DNA from: Eledone cirrhosa
Taxonomy: Eukaryota
Assembly (NCBI GenBank): GCA_964016885.1
Contig: OZ024743.1
Span: forward strand, 357,368,001 to 357,432,000
Length of the DNA: 64,000 bases
Direction of reading: 5' to 3'
Positions 52,581 to 64,000 of this stretch are shown here, piece by piece. Both the position numbers and the translations under genes were made by a program. Positions within the stretch are counted from its first letter, which is position 1. The number at the start of each line of letters is the position of its first letter. The notes under the pieces were generated by a model. It saw only the letters and a list, made by a program, of their open reading frames with translations. It was not told the origin of the DNA and did no database searches.

Positions 52581-55500
52581 CACGTGTATGCAACTATAAT
52601 GACAGAATCTTCCTTATTATATGGGCAGTTCTCATTAGTACTATCTTTTGTATTTCTTCTATACGTCGGTTTTCTGGGATTTGCGATAAGTAATCATTAG
52701 CCCCCTTAGGTATCATTCCTAGAGCGCCTACAACCACTGGTATTGTTTTAGTTCTCAATTTCCACATTTTTCCAATTTCTATTTCCAGGTCCTTATACTT
52801 GCTCAATTTTTCAAATGTTATTATAGATACATTCTTGTCTATTGGAACGGACATATCAATTAGCAGGCATACCCTCTTTTTAAAGTCCTTCAGTATTATA
52901 TCAAGTCTATTTGCATCTATTTTTCAGTCTGTTTAGATGCTAAAGTTCCACAAGATTGAGATGTGATCATTTTCAAGTATGGGAGGTGGTTGATGCTCCC
53001 ACAAATTCTTTTGATGGGGCAGGTCAAAATGCTGACACATTATCCAATGTATGTACTGTGCAGCTCTGTCGTGCCTGTTTAGGTATTCGATTGGAGCTAT
53101 AGGACTGCACATTGAAATTATATGATCAATGGTCTCTGGTTGTTTTTTGCATACACGGCATAATGGGTTGCATTCATTTTTTATTATGTTGGTTTGGTAA
53201 TTTTTTGTTGGCAGACACTGATCTTGTGCTGATATAATTAGTCCTTCAGTCTCCGATTTCAGTCCAGAGGATGCCAACCACTGATGGGTTAAAGTTTTGT
53301 CAACATCAGGATTGTTAGCTCGCTCTGGGTATTTTCCATACAGAGGCTTTTCTTGCCATTTCTTAGCCAGTTTCTGTAGCAGTTCTTTCTTTGCAGTTAC
53401 TTTTACCTGCTTTGCTGTTTCTGTGTTTTTCATTTCAGAAGTAAATGGAACTTCTGAAATTTGTAGTCCATTACTGTATCTTTGTGCATCTTTTGTAATG
53501 GAGTATGATCTTTTGATGCTTTCCTGTTTCAAAACGTGTTTGATCATCCAATCATGTGATTTCCTTAGATATGTAGATAATCCAATTGTTGTAGTTTTCA
53601 ACGCAATACCTAACTGGATTAACCCACGTCCTCTTTCTTTCCTAGGGAGATATATTCTATCTGTATCTGACTTAGGGTGATGCATTCTGTGCTTGGTTAA
53701 GAATTTTCTAATTTTTGTATCGAGCCTACGGATCTCTGTGCTTGACCAGTTGATGACATTGTAACTGTAGGTTACTACTGGTATGGCAAGCGTGTTTATG
53801 GCATCGATCCTATTCCTTGCATTCAATTCCGTTCTTAAGATTGCTCTTACTCTGCGGTAACATTCCTTCCTTATCCTTTCCCTCATTGTCGAGTGTTTGA
53901 TTCCGTCTCCTTCACAAACACCTAGATATTTGTAAGTTTCCTCTTGATCAAGTTCTCTTATCACATTCCCCCTATCAAGATTAATGTCTGAACTTTTCAG
54001 CAGCTTTCCTCTGGTGAACGTTGCTTTGGCGCATTTATCTAGTCCAAACTCCATTTTAATGTCATCACTGAACTGTTCACAGTGGATAATTGCCCTTGCA
54101 ATTGTTCATCATTTTTTGCAAATAGTTTCTGGTCATCCATGTAGAACAAGTGATTAATGGTTTTGTCATAGACTTTATATCCATGTGTTGTTTCATTGAG
54201 CATTTTACTTAATGGTATAAGTGCGATGCAGAATAAAAGCGGTGATAAAGAGTCACCCTGAAAAATTCCACAATTAATATTAATTTCTCCAGCTTCCAGT
54301 GATTTTGTTTCACTATTCAAAAGGAATGTCGTTTTCCATGTCTTCATACTGAATGACAGGAACCCCCTGACAACGGGAGATATTTTGAAAATCTCTAAAC
54401 ATTTTTCAATCCAACTGTGTGGCAAACTATCGAATGCTTTTTTGTAATCTATCCAAGCAATTGATAGATTTTTGTGTCTATTAGGAATGTAATGCCGTTA
54501 ACTAGCCATGATGGTATCTTTTCTGGCTCCTTAACTATTTCATTGTAAAGTTAGGCTAACAGCTCATGAGACTCTGTGAAGGCATTTATCCAAAAATTTG
54601 GTATTTTGTCTTTTCCTGGGGATTTCCATTTGCTGGTTTTTCTAAGAGCCAAACACAACTGTTCAACTGTGATATTTTCCCATGTTTGTTCCTCAAGGTG
54701 AGCTGTATCTTTCATTTGTCTGTCTATCCATGGGTCATGTATATTATGAACTTTTTCTTCGGCCCAGATCTTTTCCCAGAATTGTTGCACTTCCTCCTTG
54801 GTTGGTATTGATTTAGCAGTTATTGTTGACTTGCCAATTTTTCTGTAGAAGTTTCTTTGGTTGTTTTTGAACATATTATTGTCCTTATAGAATCTAGATC
54901 GTTTTTCAAAGCGTCGTATACGAGCAGCTTTGGCCGACACTTTTTGCTTGATTATTTCTATCAGCATGTCTATGTCACTTGTTGATTTTATACTGTATTT
55001 TCTTTTCAATTTTCTAAGTTTAGTTTGTTTAACATGTTCACCTACTTTGTAATCTGTTAAAATTTCTGTCAGATCGGAGAAGGTTTATTTGGCGATTGAT
55101 GTTCTCTTGCCAAGTAGGTTTCTTGTGGGAATTCCTTTGCTTTTTCATTTTCACTCCACATAAGTGAGTGGTGACTTTTAGCCGATGCATAATAGAGATG
55201 ATTTAGATCAGTAATGTTTAGTTTGTTTGTGATGATAATGTTTTTGAGAATTATGTTAGTCTTGTGTATTATCTTTTGGTTCTGTTTGGAGTTCTGGATC
55301 TTAGGGAGAGTGTCTCGTTCCCCCATGCCAGATTCTTTAATTTTCATCCATTCGATCATAATTTCATTCTTCAAGTTGGCAAGTTCATTCTCATTCATTT
55401 CTTTATCATTTACGATCTCATTGTTTTCATTTTGAGTTTCATTTTGAGCATGCACTCCTTCCACTTTTTCGATCCTTTCTTTAATTTGTTCTGCTGTAAG

Positions 55501-56240
55501 TGATTCCGCCCCAACCCTGGGATTCGAAGTGTTACAATTTACCTCGGTTTCACTGACACATGTTTCATTTTCCTTTCGCTGACTTTGTGGTAATTGCTTG
55601 ATCTGATCAATTTCTATATCAGTTAGTAACTTTTTTATAACAATATTTCTTCGTATATTGGCTAGTTTGTTACCTGTTTTCGGGATGTTTCTTTTTCCAG
55701 TTGATATATGTCTGTTCTGTATTCGATCTATTTGATGGCAGTGTAGAAAGCCTCAAGGACTTCTTTATTGTCTTCCCTTGACCATGTTTCTCTCTTTTTC
55801 TTTGGATTTCTTGGTGGTGAGCACGGAGGGCCAACAGTAGGAGTATTCCAGTTATGGGAGGTCTCCAGCTCCGAATTGATGGGAAGGTTTGAACCATTAG
55901 CTGATTTTTCGACCCCAGTCTGGTTCCTCTCTGAGGGACGCGGCCCTTTTTGACCCGGATGACGGCCGATTCGGTATGAGATTTTATTATTTGACATTGA
56001 CTTTATTTTGTTGCGTTTTATCCTTAACCGCCAAGGGGTAATCATTTCGTGTTACCACTCCTAGGACGAGTGTCAACCAAGACTAGAGGGGTCGTCCTCC
56101 GCTAGAGACACGGCTATTCCCCGCCGGCCGCCATCCCGGTATTTCTTGGTCACGGGGTTTTCTTTTTTTTCTTTTTTTAAATTGTTATTGTCATGAGTGG
56201 TTCCTTAATGTGAGCACTGCGCGGCTTAAGAATGAAATTA
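52581..56240 (-). mobile_element. R4/Dong-type RLE LINE (copy 2), lacking the 3' UTR, with a ~210 bp internal deletion at ~54482
   Basis: Collinear with and highly similar to 6847-10733; IFQGDSLSP, YMDD and RLE motifs; (TTA)n 56237-56331 at its 5' end. Confidence 0.92.
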
Positions 56241-56247
56241 TTATTAA

Positions 56248-56331
<84 letters not shown>

Positions 56332-56767
56332 CATCATCATCATCATCATATATATATAAATATAATATGAAAAAAGGAAAAAAATTACTTGTAAATCTAA
56401 TCAACTTTATTTTATAATATTATAATTTTACAATTTGGCTTTGTTGAACTAGTAAGTTCTTTGTTAACTTCGGTCTGGAGATTGTTTAAAGATTCCTGGT
56501 TAAATTTCCTGGAGAACTTTCTCGCATCAAACTCAGTTTGACAATCGTCATTGACGAATGCGAGAAAGTTCTCCAGGAAAGTTAACGAAGAATCTTTAAA
56601 AAAGCTCCCCATCGAAGTTAACGAAGAATTTACTAGATCTACAAAACCAAATTGTAAAATTATAATATTATAGAATTTAATTCTTTAGAACTACAAGGGA
56701 AGTCATTCTTTTCCTTTTTTCAAATATACCTAACTGTGCCTAGGATTTCACACATTTTCCAATATAC

Positions 56768-56813
<46 letters not shown>

Positions 56814-56816
<3 letters not shown>

Positions 56817-57467
56817 CTTAAAAATAAGAATAAGACTAAGAAGAAAGCAAGAACGGGGGGAGGTGTTTTCCTCATCAGTTGTCTGCTGGGGGTCTCGGAT
56901 ATTTCAGCGCATTAAAGACAATATCTACCCCCAGTGCGTTCAATAACTAGGTACGTTATTGGGCAAACGGAGGAGGGAGGGAAGGAAAATATACGATAAC
57001 AGAAGGGAAAAGGGGAAAAAAGAGAGAAAAGAGAAAAAACAGCGAAAAAGAAACGAAAAAACAAACGGGAAACAACAAATCGAAGAATGTGCGAGCAACC
57101 TGAAGAAAGAAAATCCAAGTCCACATCGGTGGCTGAACATAAGTTCTAGAGCGTGTGGACGAACGAAAAGAACTGCTAGAGAGTCAGGCGAGGGAAACAA
57201 TGAGGTGGCTGGCAGAGAGAGGGTGAGTGAAAGTGAGAGGAAGAAAGGGAGAGAAAGAAAAAGGGGGAAGAGTAGATAGCAACGAAATAGGTAGGTAGAA
57301 GGAGAGAGAAGACGGGTCACAGCGAAACATGATAAAATATATAGAGAATAGGAATGGTTGTGTAGTTGCTAGTTAAGGTAGGCTAAAAATAAGAATAAGA
57401 AGAAGAAGAAAGCAAGAAAGGGAGGGGGGTTCCTCATCAGTCGTCTGCTGGGAGGTCTCGGATATTA
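56814..57467 (-). mobile_element. Non-coding tandem repeat, period ~565 bp (~1.15 units), with a permuted hammerhead
   Basis: 56814-56903 recurs at 57380-57467; pyrimidine-rich sense strand; shares agaacttatgtt with the 47236 family. Confidence 0.8.
56865..56968 (-). ncRNA. Candidate non-circularly permuted hammerhead (diverged family)
   Basis: GAU-A/UUGUCU ... UGCG-CU-GAA-AUAUCC ... AGACAA-CUGAUGA-GGAAAAC; stem III is imperfect. Confidence 0.62.
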
Positions 57468-57472
57468 TATAT

Positions 57473-57505
<33 letters not shown>

Positions 57506-57589
57506 AAAGCTAAACAGAAATAACAACACAATCGGTACAGTATATGGGAGGAATATACTAGTTTAACGCTTGAAATAGCAGGAAGATGG

Positions 57590-57625
57590 TCATAACGTTT
57601 CGGACGCTAGTCCTTCATCAGAGGA
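57590..57625 (-). ncRNA. Minimal PLE-type hammerhead
   Basis: UCCU-CUGAUGA-A-GGAC-UAGC-GUCC-GAAAC-GUU/AUGA; one mismatch in stem I. Confidence 0.75.
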
Positions 57626-57701
57626 AAGAATGACAAATTAGAAGGATTGAAGGGACGGGCAGCCCTATAACAGGTCCATTCACGTTGCCATCCCTCTCCC
57701 C

Positions 57702-57796
<95 letters not shown>

Positions 57797-58884
57797 CATA
57801 CATACATACATACATACATACATACATAAACACGAGAGATATAGAGAAAGAGGGAGTGAGAGAGGGAGAGGGGGGGGGGGAGAAAAAGAGGGAATTAGAG
57901 AGAGAGAGTGACATACAATACATAAATTTGTTCCCAAGATTAATTTTAGCTTGACTATATAGTTTTCTCTTTTACAGTGTTACTGGCTCCAGCTAGTGAG
58001 TGGTGAATATTTTTCTGTGCTGTGATTACTATTAAAAGAATGTTTAAGTATTATTAAGCTGATAAAAAAAAAAAAAAAAAAAAAAAAGAAGCAAGCTAAG
58101 AAGTTAAACGTATTTAAGTTTAGCGACAATGGTTCTAGTTGGCGAATTGACAGTTGTTAGAACGTCGGATGGAATTCTTTGGTGCCTTCGTTCCGGCTCT
58201 TTGAATTCATATCCCGCCGAGCTCAACTCTACCTTTCGTCCTTTTGGCTGTCAATAGATTAAAAAATGTCCAGCGTGGTGGAATAGCGGAATTGGTAGAT
58301 ACTTTCTGGGTCTTTTGCGATCCGAGTTCACCTGTGACGTCACTGGTTTCAAATTTTATCGACCGTTCCCGAAAATAACATCGATGGCGTGGAGATAGAA
58401 GGTTTTTCTCGCATAGGTGACAGCACCGTCCTCAAAACATTGCCTAGAATTGGAGAGGAACTTTTCAGGTGTAGATCCATGGTCTCACCATATACATGGA
58501 GGCTCCCAGTAAAAGAAACCCCTTGTATGTATGTATGTATGGATACCCGATCGCGCGGTTAAACCACTGGGAGTGAAGGACCCCTAGCTTTTGTCAGGGC
58601 ATTCTTCTAGGAGAAGGCAACTCAGGGAACTGGGATAACTCCGATATAAAACCTGCTTCTCAGTAGTTACCGATGATGTTGATCTTTTTTTCTTTCCGGG
58701 TTATAGCTACTGTCGCTCAGAGAGTGGGATTGGCTCAGTGCACAGGCTTTCCTCACTTAAAACAAAAATCTTCACGCACAGGCATTGCACAATAGAATTA
58801 ATTAATAATTATTAATAATGGTATATCATGCAATGGCCATATTCGATAACGAGGGGGCAGCCATTATGCATGTATATGTATAGT

Positions 58885-59160
58885 GAAGAGGCGTCTAGTG
58901 GTTATCGTGTTGGACTCATGTCCATAATGTCGCGGGTTCGATTCCTGGACCAGGTTGAGCGTTGTGTTCTTCAGCAAAACACTTTTACGCTGCTTCAATT
59001 TATACAGCTGAAAATGAGTACCGGTAGTTGCTGGGAATTAACCCTAAGATGTAATGCCGCCCTGTCCAGAAGGAAGTTTGGTACTCTCAGTTGTTTAATG
59101 CCAATAACAACCAGAATATTTACCAGCCCGATGAGCCCCCGGGCTTGTGACAGACTTTAA
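58885..59160 (+). mobile_element. SINE type 2, diverged
   Basis: tagtggtt..ggttcgattcctgg head; homologous to 36977. Confidence 0.65.
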
Positions 59161-59238
59161 CTTTAATTTATATATATATATATATATAATTATATGGTGC
59201 GTGTGTTGCTTATTGGCAACATGACCCTCCCAAAGTAT

Positions 59239-59296
<58 letters not shown>

Positions 59297-59297
59297 T

Positions 59298-59447
59298 ACT
59301 GGTTTAGTTCAGATCTAGCTGCCGAAACGACCGGAGTTTAGACGTCGGGGTCCTGACTCTTTTCCTATTACCCACTCTACCACCCTAAGTATCGAGTACT
59401 CTGGTGCGTTATGGTCCACCTGGTCCCTTACCGCACTTTCTTTGTTA
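59298..59447 (+). mobile_element. Half-hammerhead short element, not folded back
   Basis: gctgccGAAACgaccggagtttagacGTCggggtcc...ggtccacctggtccctta; flanked by (TA)n. Confidence 0.75.
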
Positions 59448-59579
59448 TATATATATATATATATCGAAGGAGGCGTAACGTAAAGATCCAGAGCCGGGCC
59501 AGATCGATACAGATCGAACCTTGAGCTGATCAATAGTGAAACGCGCATCACCAATCAATAAACGTAATGAAGGCTTAAC

Positions 59580-60050
59580 AAATCGTCCTTGTATTTCTCT
59601 TACTTTCTTTCGTCCCCTTTGTCATGTCAGTTAACACTTTCTCTCTACTGACCTCTTCCTCACACTTCCACTCACTCACTCACTGTTTCTCCCCTTCTCA
59701 CTTCACCCCGTTCGAGACGAAAACAATTTCCTTCTTTCTTACATTGGATTCATCTCGAAAGGTCTAATTTCTACTCGCTCATATACTCACCCAGCTTACA
59801 CTGATAGAATAACTATGTAGCTTGTGCCTCTTCCTATCTACGGTTAGCTTTCCTCTTTGTCGTTTACTTGTCTCACTCGCTTTACGCGTTTTAATTGTCC
59901 TAATAACTTAATTTAGTTATTATTGCACCAACGTGAGGTATATGATTTTTAATGCAATGAAATATCTATGATCGTTGGCAAATCACTGATGAGGGACTCA
60001 TTTTATAACATGTTATCCATGTGCAACCTGCAGTATTCTTCTCCCCATTT
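59580..60050 (+). mobile_element. Single unit of the permuted-hammerhead repeat (third family)
   Basis: Shares cctcttcctcac..cactcactca with the 47760-47790 region and carries the full motif. Confidence 0.7.
59897..59997 (+). ncRNA. Candidate non-circularly permuted hammerhead (cleanest copy)
   Basis: AGGUAU-A/UGAUUU ... UGCAA-U-GAA-AUAUCU ... AAAUCA-CUGAUGA-G-GGAC; 5' strand GUCC-hairpin-UUGCA. Confidence 0.75.
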
Positions 60051-60053
60051 TTT

Positions 60054-60180
<127 letters not shown>

Positions 60181-60930
60181 AGAGAGGGAGGGAGAGAGAG
60201 AGAGAGAGGGAGGGAGAGAGAGATTCAGATGATATTCATGTGAACGTTTGTATGTTAGTTGTGGAACGCATATCATTGTTTTGTTGAAAACTATTTCTCC
60301 AACACCACCTCCCATATGTTGCTACTCATCTCAATCTTACACATGTGAGTATGTGCATGTGTGTTTGTGTGTGTGTGTGTATGTTGTGTGCACACATATA
60401 TATACAAACATATACTTAACATTTGCACAAAAAGCTCCACTGCTGATTTTTTAACTTATCAAGTGTGCAAATACTTGGAAGAGATTTTGAAAATTGATCC
60501 CAACCTCCGTTTATTTCATACACTCCTCTACATCTCCACAACCACCGCCACCGCCACAACCATCTCCACCACCACCGCCACCGCCACAACCATCTCCACC
60601 ACCGTTGGTTCTTTAGAACATAAAGAAAAGTAGTCAACTTTGGACAATCTTCCAGCCAATCACCTTCGACCTGTCAACCCACAAACTTTTACCAGCATCA
60701 TCGCACAACTTTCCTCAGCATCATCATCATCACTATTATCCTCATTATCACTACCACTACCACACCAGCACCACCACTACCAAAACTACTACAACAAAAA
60801 TAACAGTTGCGCATCTCTTCATATTGATATATAACTAGCTGTTGATATATAAGTTGATATATAACTAACTGTTGAAACGGCAAGAGCTCCTTCCTCTCTT
60901 TCCACGGCAATTCCTCTGATCTCTTTCAGG

Positions 60931-60967
<37 letters not shown>

Positions 60968-61122
60968 TTGGAGCTCTGAAATAGCAATATATATATGGAT
61001 GTATATATAATGTATTTTGCAATACACTTTATGCTTAATTAAAAGCATTTTGAAGACCGTAACCTATTGTTTTAAAGTAGTGACAAATTCACTCACTTTG
61101 ATCTCAGCAAACAGGGGAGATA

Positions 61123-61166
61123 AGCCGACATGACATGTTTCGCTTTGGTTGAAGCTTATCAAGTCC
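61123..61166 (-). ncRNA. Hammerhead with U3-A8 variant core (stem I mismatch)
   Basis: Inverted copy of 61340-61383. Confidence 0.6.
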
Positions 61167-61339
61167 AACTACCCCACCTGTCTACTGAGATCAATGATGT
61201 TATATTCTTATAGAAATCTAGTAAATAATTTTTAATTTCTGCCTGACCAACAACCGCTCTGCATAATCAGCTCCTGATTATTTACTAGATTTCTATAAGA
61301 ATATAACATCATTGATCTCAGTAGACAGGTGGGGTAGTT

Positions 61340-61383
61340 GGCCTTGATAAGCTTCAACCAAAGCGAAACATGTCATGTCGGCT
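61340..61383 (+). ncRNA. Hammerhead with U3-A8 variant core
   Basis: GGCC-UUGAUAA-GCUU-CAACCA-AAGC-GAA-ACAU-GUC-AUGU-C/GGCU. Confidence 0.7.
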
Positions 61384-61699
61384 TATCTCCCCTGTTTGCT
61401 GAGATCAAAGTGAGTGATTTTGTCACTACTTTAAAACAATAGCTTACGGTCTTCAAAATGCTTTTAATTAAGCATAAAGTGTATTGCAAAATACATTATA
61501 TATACATCCATATATATATATATATATATATATATCGTTTCTGAATTTGTTTAGCAAGATTCTTTATCTGAAAACGTGTGTTGAAACCGATATTGTTATA
61601 TGGGTCATGTTGCCAATAAGAAACACACGCACCAGTGCTTTCACTCCAATTTATTATAAATTAAATTTATAAATTTAAGAATTTATAAATATCCGGTTG

Positions 61700-62760
61700 G
61701 TTGGTTGGTTGGTTCTATAACCGGACGGTTATTCATATATTGTCAAAGTTCTTTCGTCACACATTCTGTGACCTCTTCAGTGACTGGGGATTCTTTTCTT
61801 TGTTTTGTGCCTCTCCTTTCTTCTGTCCTACGCCATCTTGCTTTTGTGTATGTTGTGTGCTTAGTTTGCGCATGTGTTACATCCGGGTGTCTGTCTGTGT
61901 TTTTATTTGTTTATTTATTTGTTTATTTACATGTTACTGGTTGGTTGTTTGTTCTATGTGTGTGTGTGTTTTCATTTTGTCCTTAATTGTAAGTTGTGAT
62001 GTTGCTATTCCACTCATGTTTTCTATTTAATTTGGTTGGAGTTCATTTATGTTTATTGCCTCTGTGATTTGTCTAAACATTGTGTCTTTTCTGTGTGTAG
62101 ATTCTATTTTGATTTCTATGTTCTCTAATTTGCCCTTATGTTCTATTTTATCATGTTGGTGGAGTATTGATGATTCTTTTTTATCTTGAAGTTCTCGCCA
62201 GTGTTCATTTAACCGTTCTCCTATGCTACGAGCTGTCTCACCTATGTACACTATATTCTTATCTTTACATTGTCCTTCAGTACATCATATGCTATATACT
62301 ACATTTCTAGTTTTACAGTTAATATGGAGGCTTAATTTACAGATTTTGCATTTCTTATCTATACAGTTTATATCATCAACGTAGCGGGAGTACATTATCA
62401 GGGTTAAGAGGTTGCTGTCTTCTAATTGTTCTTTAAGTTTAAGTTTAAGTTTATTGTCCCACCATACCATGAATAGGTTAGCTATGTCACCTGCAATGCT
62501 AACACCAATGGCTGCTCCCTCCTCTTGGGCATATGTTTTCCCAGAAATGTAGTATATATCATGGTATGATAGCAATAAATACCAGAGTGTAATGTTCATC
62601 AATACAACCTCTAGAGGTGAATTAGCTTACAAATTTAGAAGGTCCGTAGATAAACATAAACTTAATATTAAGATAGTAAAAAGACCAGGTACCACCATAA
62701 AAACAGTTATTAGCAATACATACCCTTTTCAAAGACCTTCCTGTATAGATAAGAAATGCA
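61700..62760 (-). mobile_element. Rearranged Penelope-like element (RT piece, GIY-YIG, 3' UTR hammerhead; inverted linker at 62592-62760)
   Basis: GAAIGVSIAGDIANLFMVWWD..RYVDD; NVVYSI*C..C..YIGETARS..RLNEH..RQITEAI. Confidence 0.85.
61742..61784 (-). ncRNA. Minimal hammerhead in the PLE 3' region
   Basis: GUCA-CUGAAGA-G-GUCACA-GAAUG-UGUGAC-GAAAG-AA-CUU/UGAC. Confidence 0.8.
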
Positions 62761-62764
62761 TAAT

Positions 62765-63500
62765 CCGCCGCCGCCGCCGCCGCCGCCGCCATCACCAGTA
62801 CAACCAATACCAAATTTCAGCACCATCAACCACCACCACCGCATCGCCATCAATACAACTAACACTATAACCGACACTATTAACAATACCACCAGCACCA
62901 TGAACATTAACACCATCAAAACCACCACCACCACCACCACAAACCACCACCACCACCACCACCACCACCACCTCCAACACCATCAATAATACCGTCACTG
63001 TCAGCGCTATATCGATCATCGTCGCTATAATAAACCCCTACCCAACCTATATTATCCCTATCACACAGACAAACCCCCTCAAACACCGCCGCCACCACCA
63101 CCACCACCACCACCACCACACCACTACCACCGCCGCCACAGGTACGTCTGACGCCGCCGCACACCATCACCCTCACTGTGCAAACAACTTACACAGCCCA
63201 TGAAATCTAGTAGTTGAACTACCACTACCACAACCACAACCACCACCGCTACCCCCTACCACCACCGCCACCACCACCACCACCACCACCACCACCACCA
63301 CAACAACAACAACATTAACAGCAACATTTACAACAACTATCAGCAACAATAACACCAATAACATCAACACTATGACCACCACCTATATCTGCACAACCTT
63401 CGGCCGCATCACCTACCTCTACCACTAACACCACCACCATTACCAACAGAAATACTATCACCATCACTATTACAAGAACAACAGCAACAAAAAATAGTGG
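62765..63500 (+). repeat. Low-complexity (CCG/CCA/ACA) trinucleotide region
   Basis: Mixed degenerate triplet repeats. Confidence 0.85.
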
Positions 63501-63512
63501 CACAGCGATCAA

Positions 63513-63864
63513 CAACACTACTACTACTACCTCTATTACTACCAACACTACTACTACTACTACCTCTATTACTACCAACACTACTACTACTACTACCTCT
63601 ATTACTACCAACACTACTACTACTACTACCTCTATTACTACCAACACTACTACTACTACTACCTCTATTACTACCAACACTACTACTACTACTACCTCTA
63701 TTACTACCAACATTACTACTACTACTACTACTACTACCTCTATTACTACCAACACTACTACTAATACTACCTCTATTACTACCAACACTACTACTACTAC
63801 TACCTCTATTACTACCAACATTACTACTACTACTACTACTACTACCTCTATTACTACCAAGACT

Positions 63865-63926
<62 letters not shown>

Positions 63927-64000
63927 CTCTATTACTACCAACACTACTACTACTACTACCTCCATTACTACCAACACTACTACTACTACTACCTCTATTA
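63513..64000 (+). repeat. Minisatellite, ~33 bp unit cctctattactaccaacac(tac)n, running off the window end
   Basis: More than ten tandem units with variable (ACT)n length. Confidence 0.92.

Larger units (their letters stand above)
60990..61520. mobile_element. Fold-back with ~240 bp arms and a ~48 bp spacer, one hammerhead per arm
   Basis: 60990-61229 is nearly the reverse complement of 61278-61520. Confidence 0.9.

Noticed and set aside
59515-59562. TTGA..GAAACGCGCA followed by AATAAA
   Set aside because: The core is incomplete; at most a decayed hammerhead.
62285-62287. In-frame TGA in the PLE GIY-YIG domain as selenocysteine (Naiad-like)
   Set aside because: It precedes rather than replaces the conserved Cys, the endonuclease is C-terminal, and no SECIS was seen. 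A TGG-to-TGA mutation is simpler.
63513-64000. Regular repeat array as CRISPR
   Set aside because: No unique spacers and a eukaryotic context; it is a minisatellite.

Overview
Repeat-saturated, AT-rich eukaryotic DNA with no host gene that I can support. The SINE types and extreme microsatellite load suggest an octopus or other coleoid cephalopod (inference). It contains two near-full-length and one 3' fragment of L1/Tx1-clade LINEs, all abutting (ATT)n tracts, and two decayed R4/Dong-type RLE LINEs at (TAA)n tracts. There are also CR1-like, RTE-like and Penelope-like (PLE) fragments, many tRNA-derived SINEs, MITEs and Helitron-like ends. The main hidden signal is RNA structure. About a dozen canonical or degenerate hammerhead ribozyme (HHR) motifs occur, many in fold-back or tandem arrangements. 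A family of ~565-615 bp tandem-unit repeats (47.2-48.3, 56.8-57.5, 59.6-60.0 kb) carries a hammerhead whose three core strands are in a non-circularly permuted order. Its stem II appears to be rebuilt by a fourth bridging strand, and compensatory base changes across three diverged families support the pairings. All structures were folded by eye and no activity is shown.
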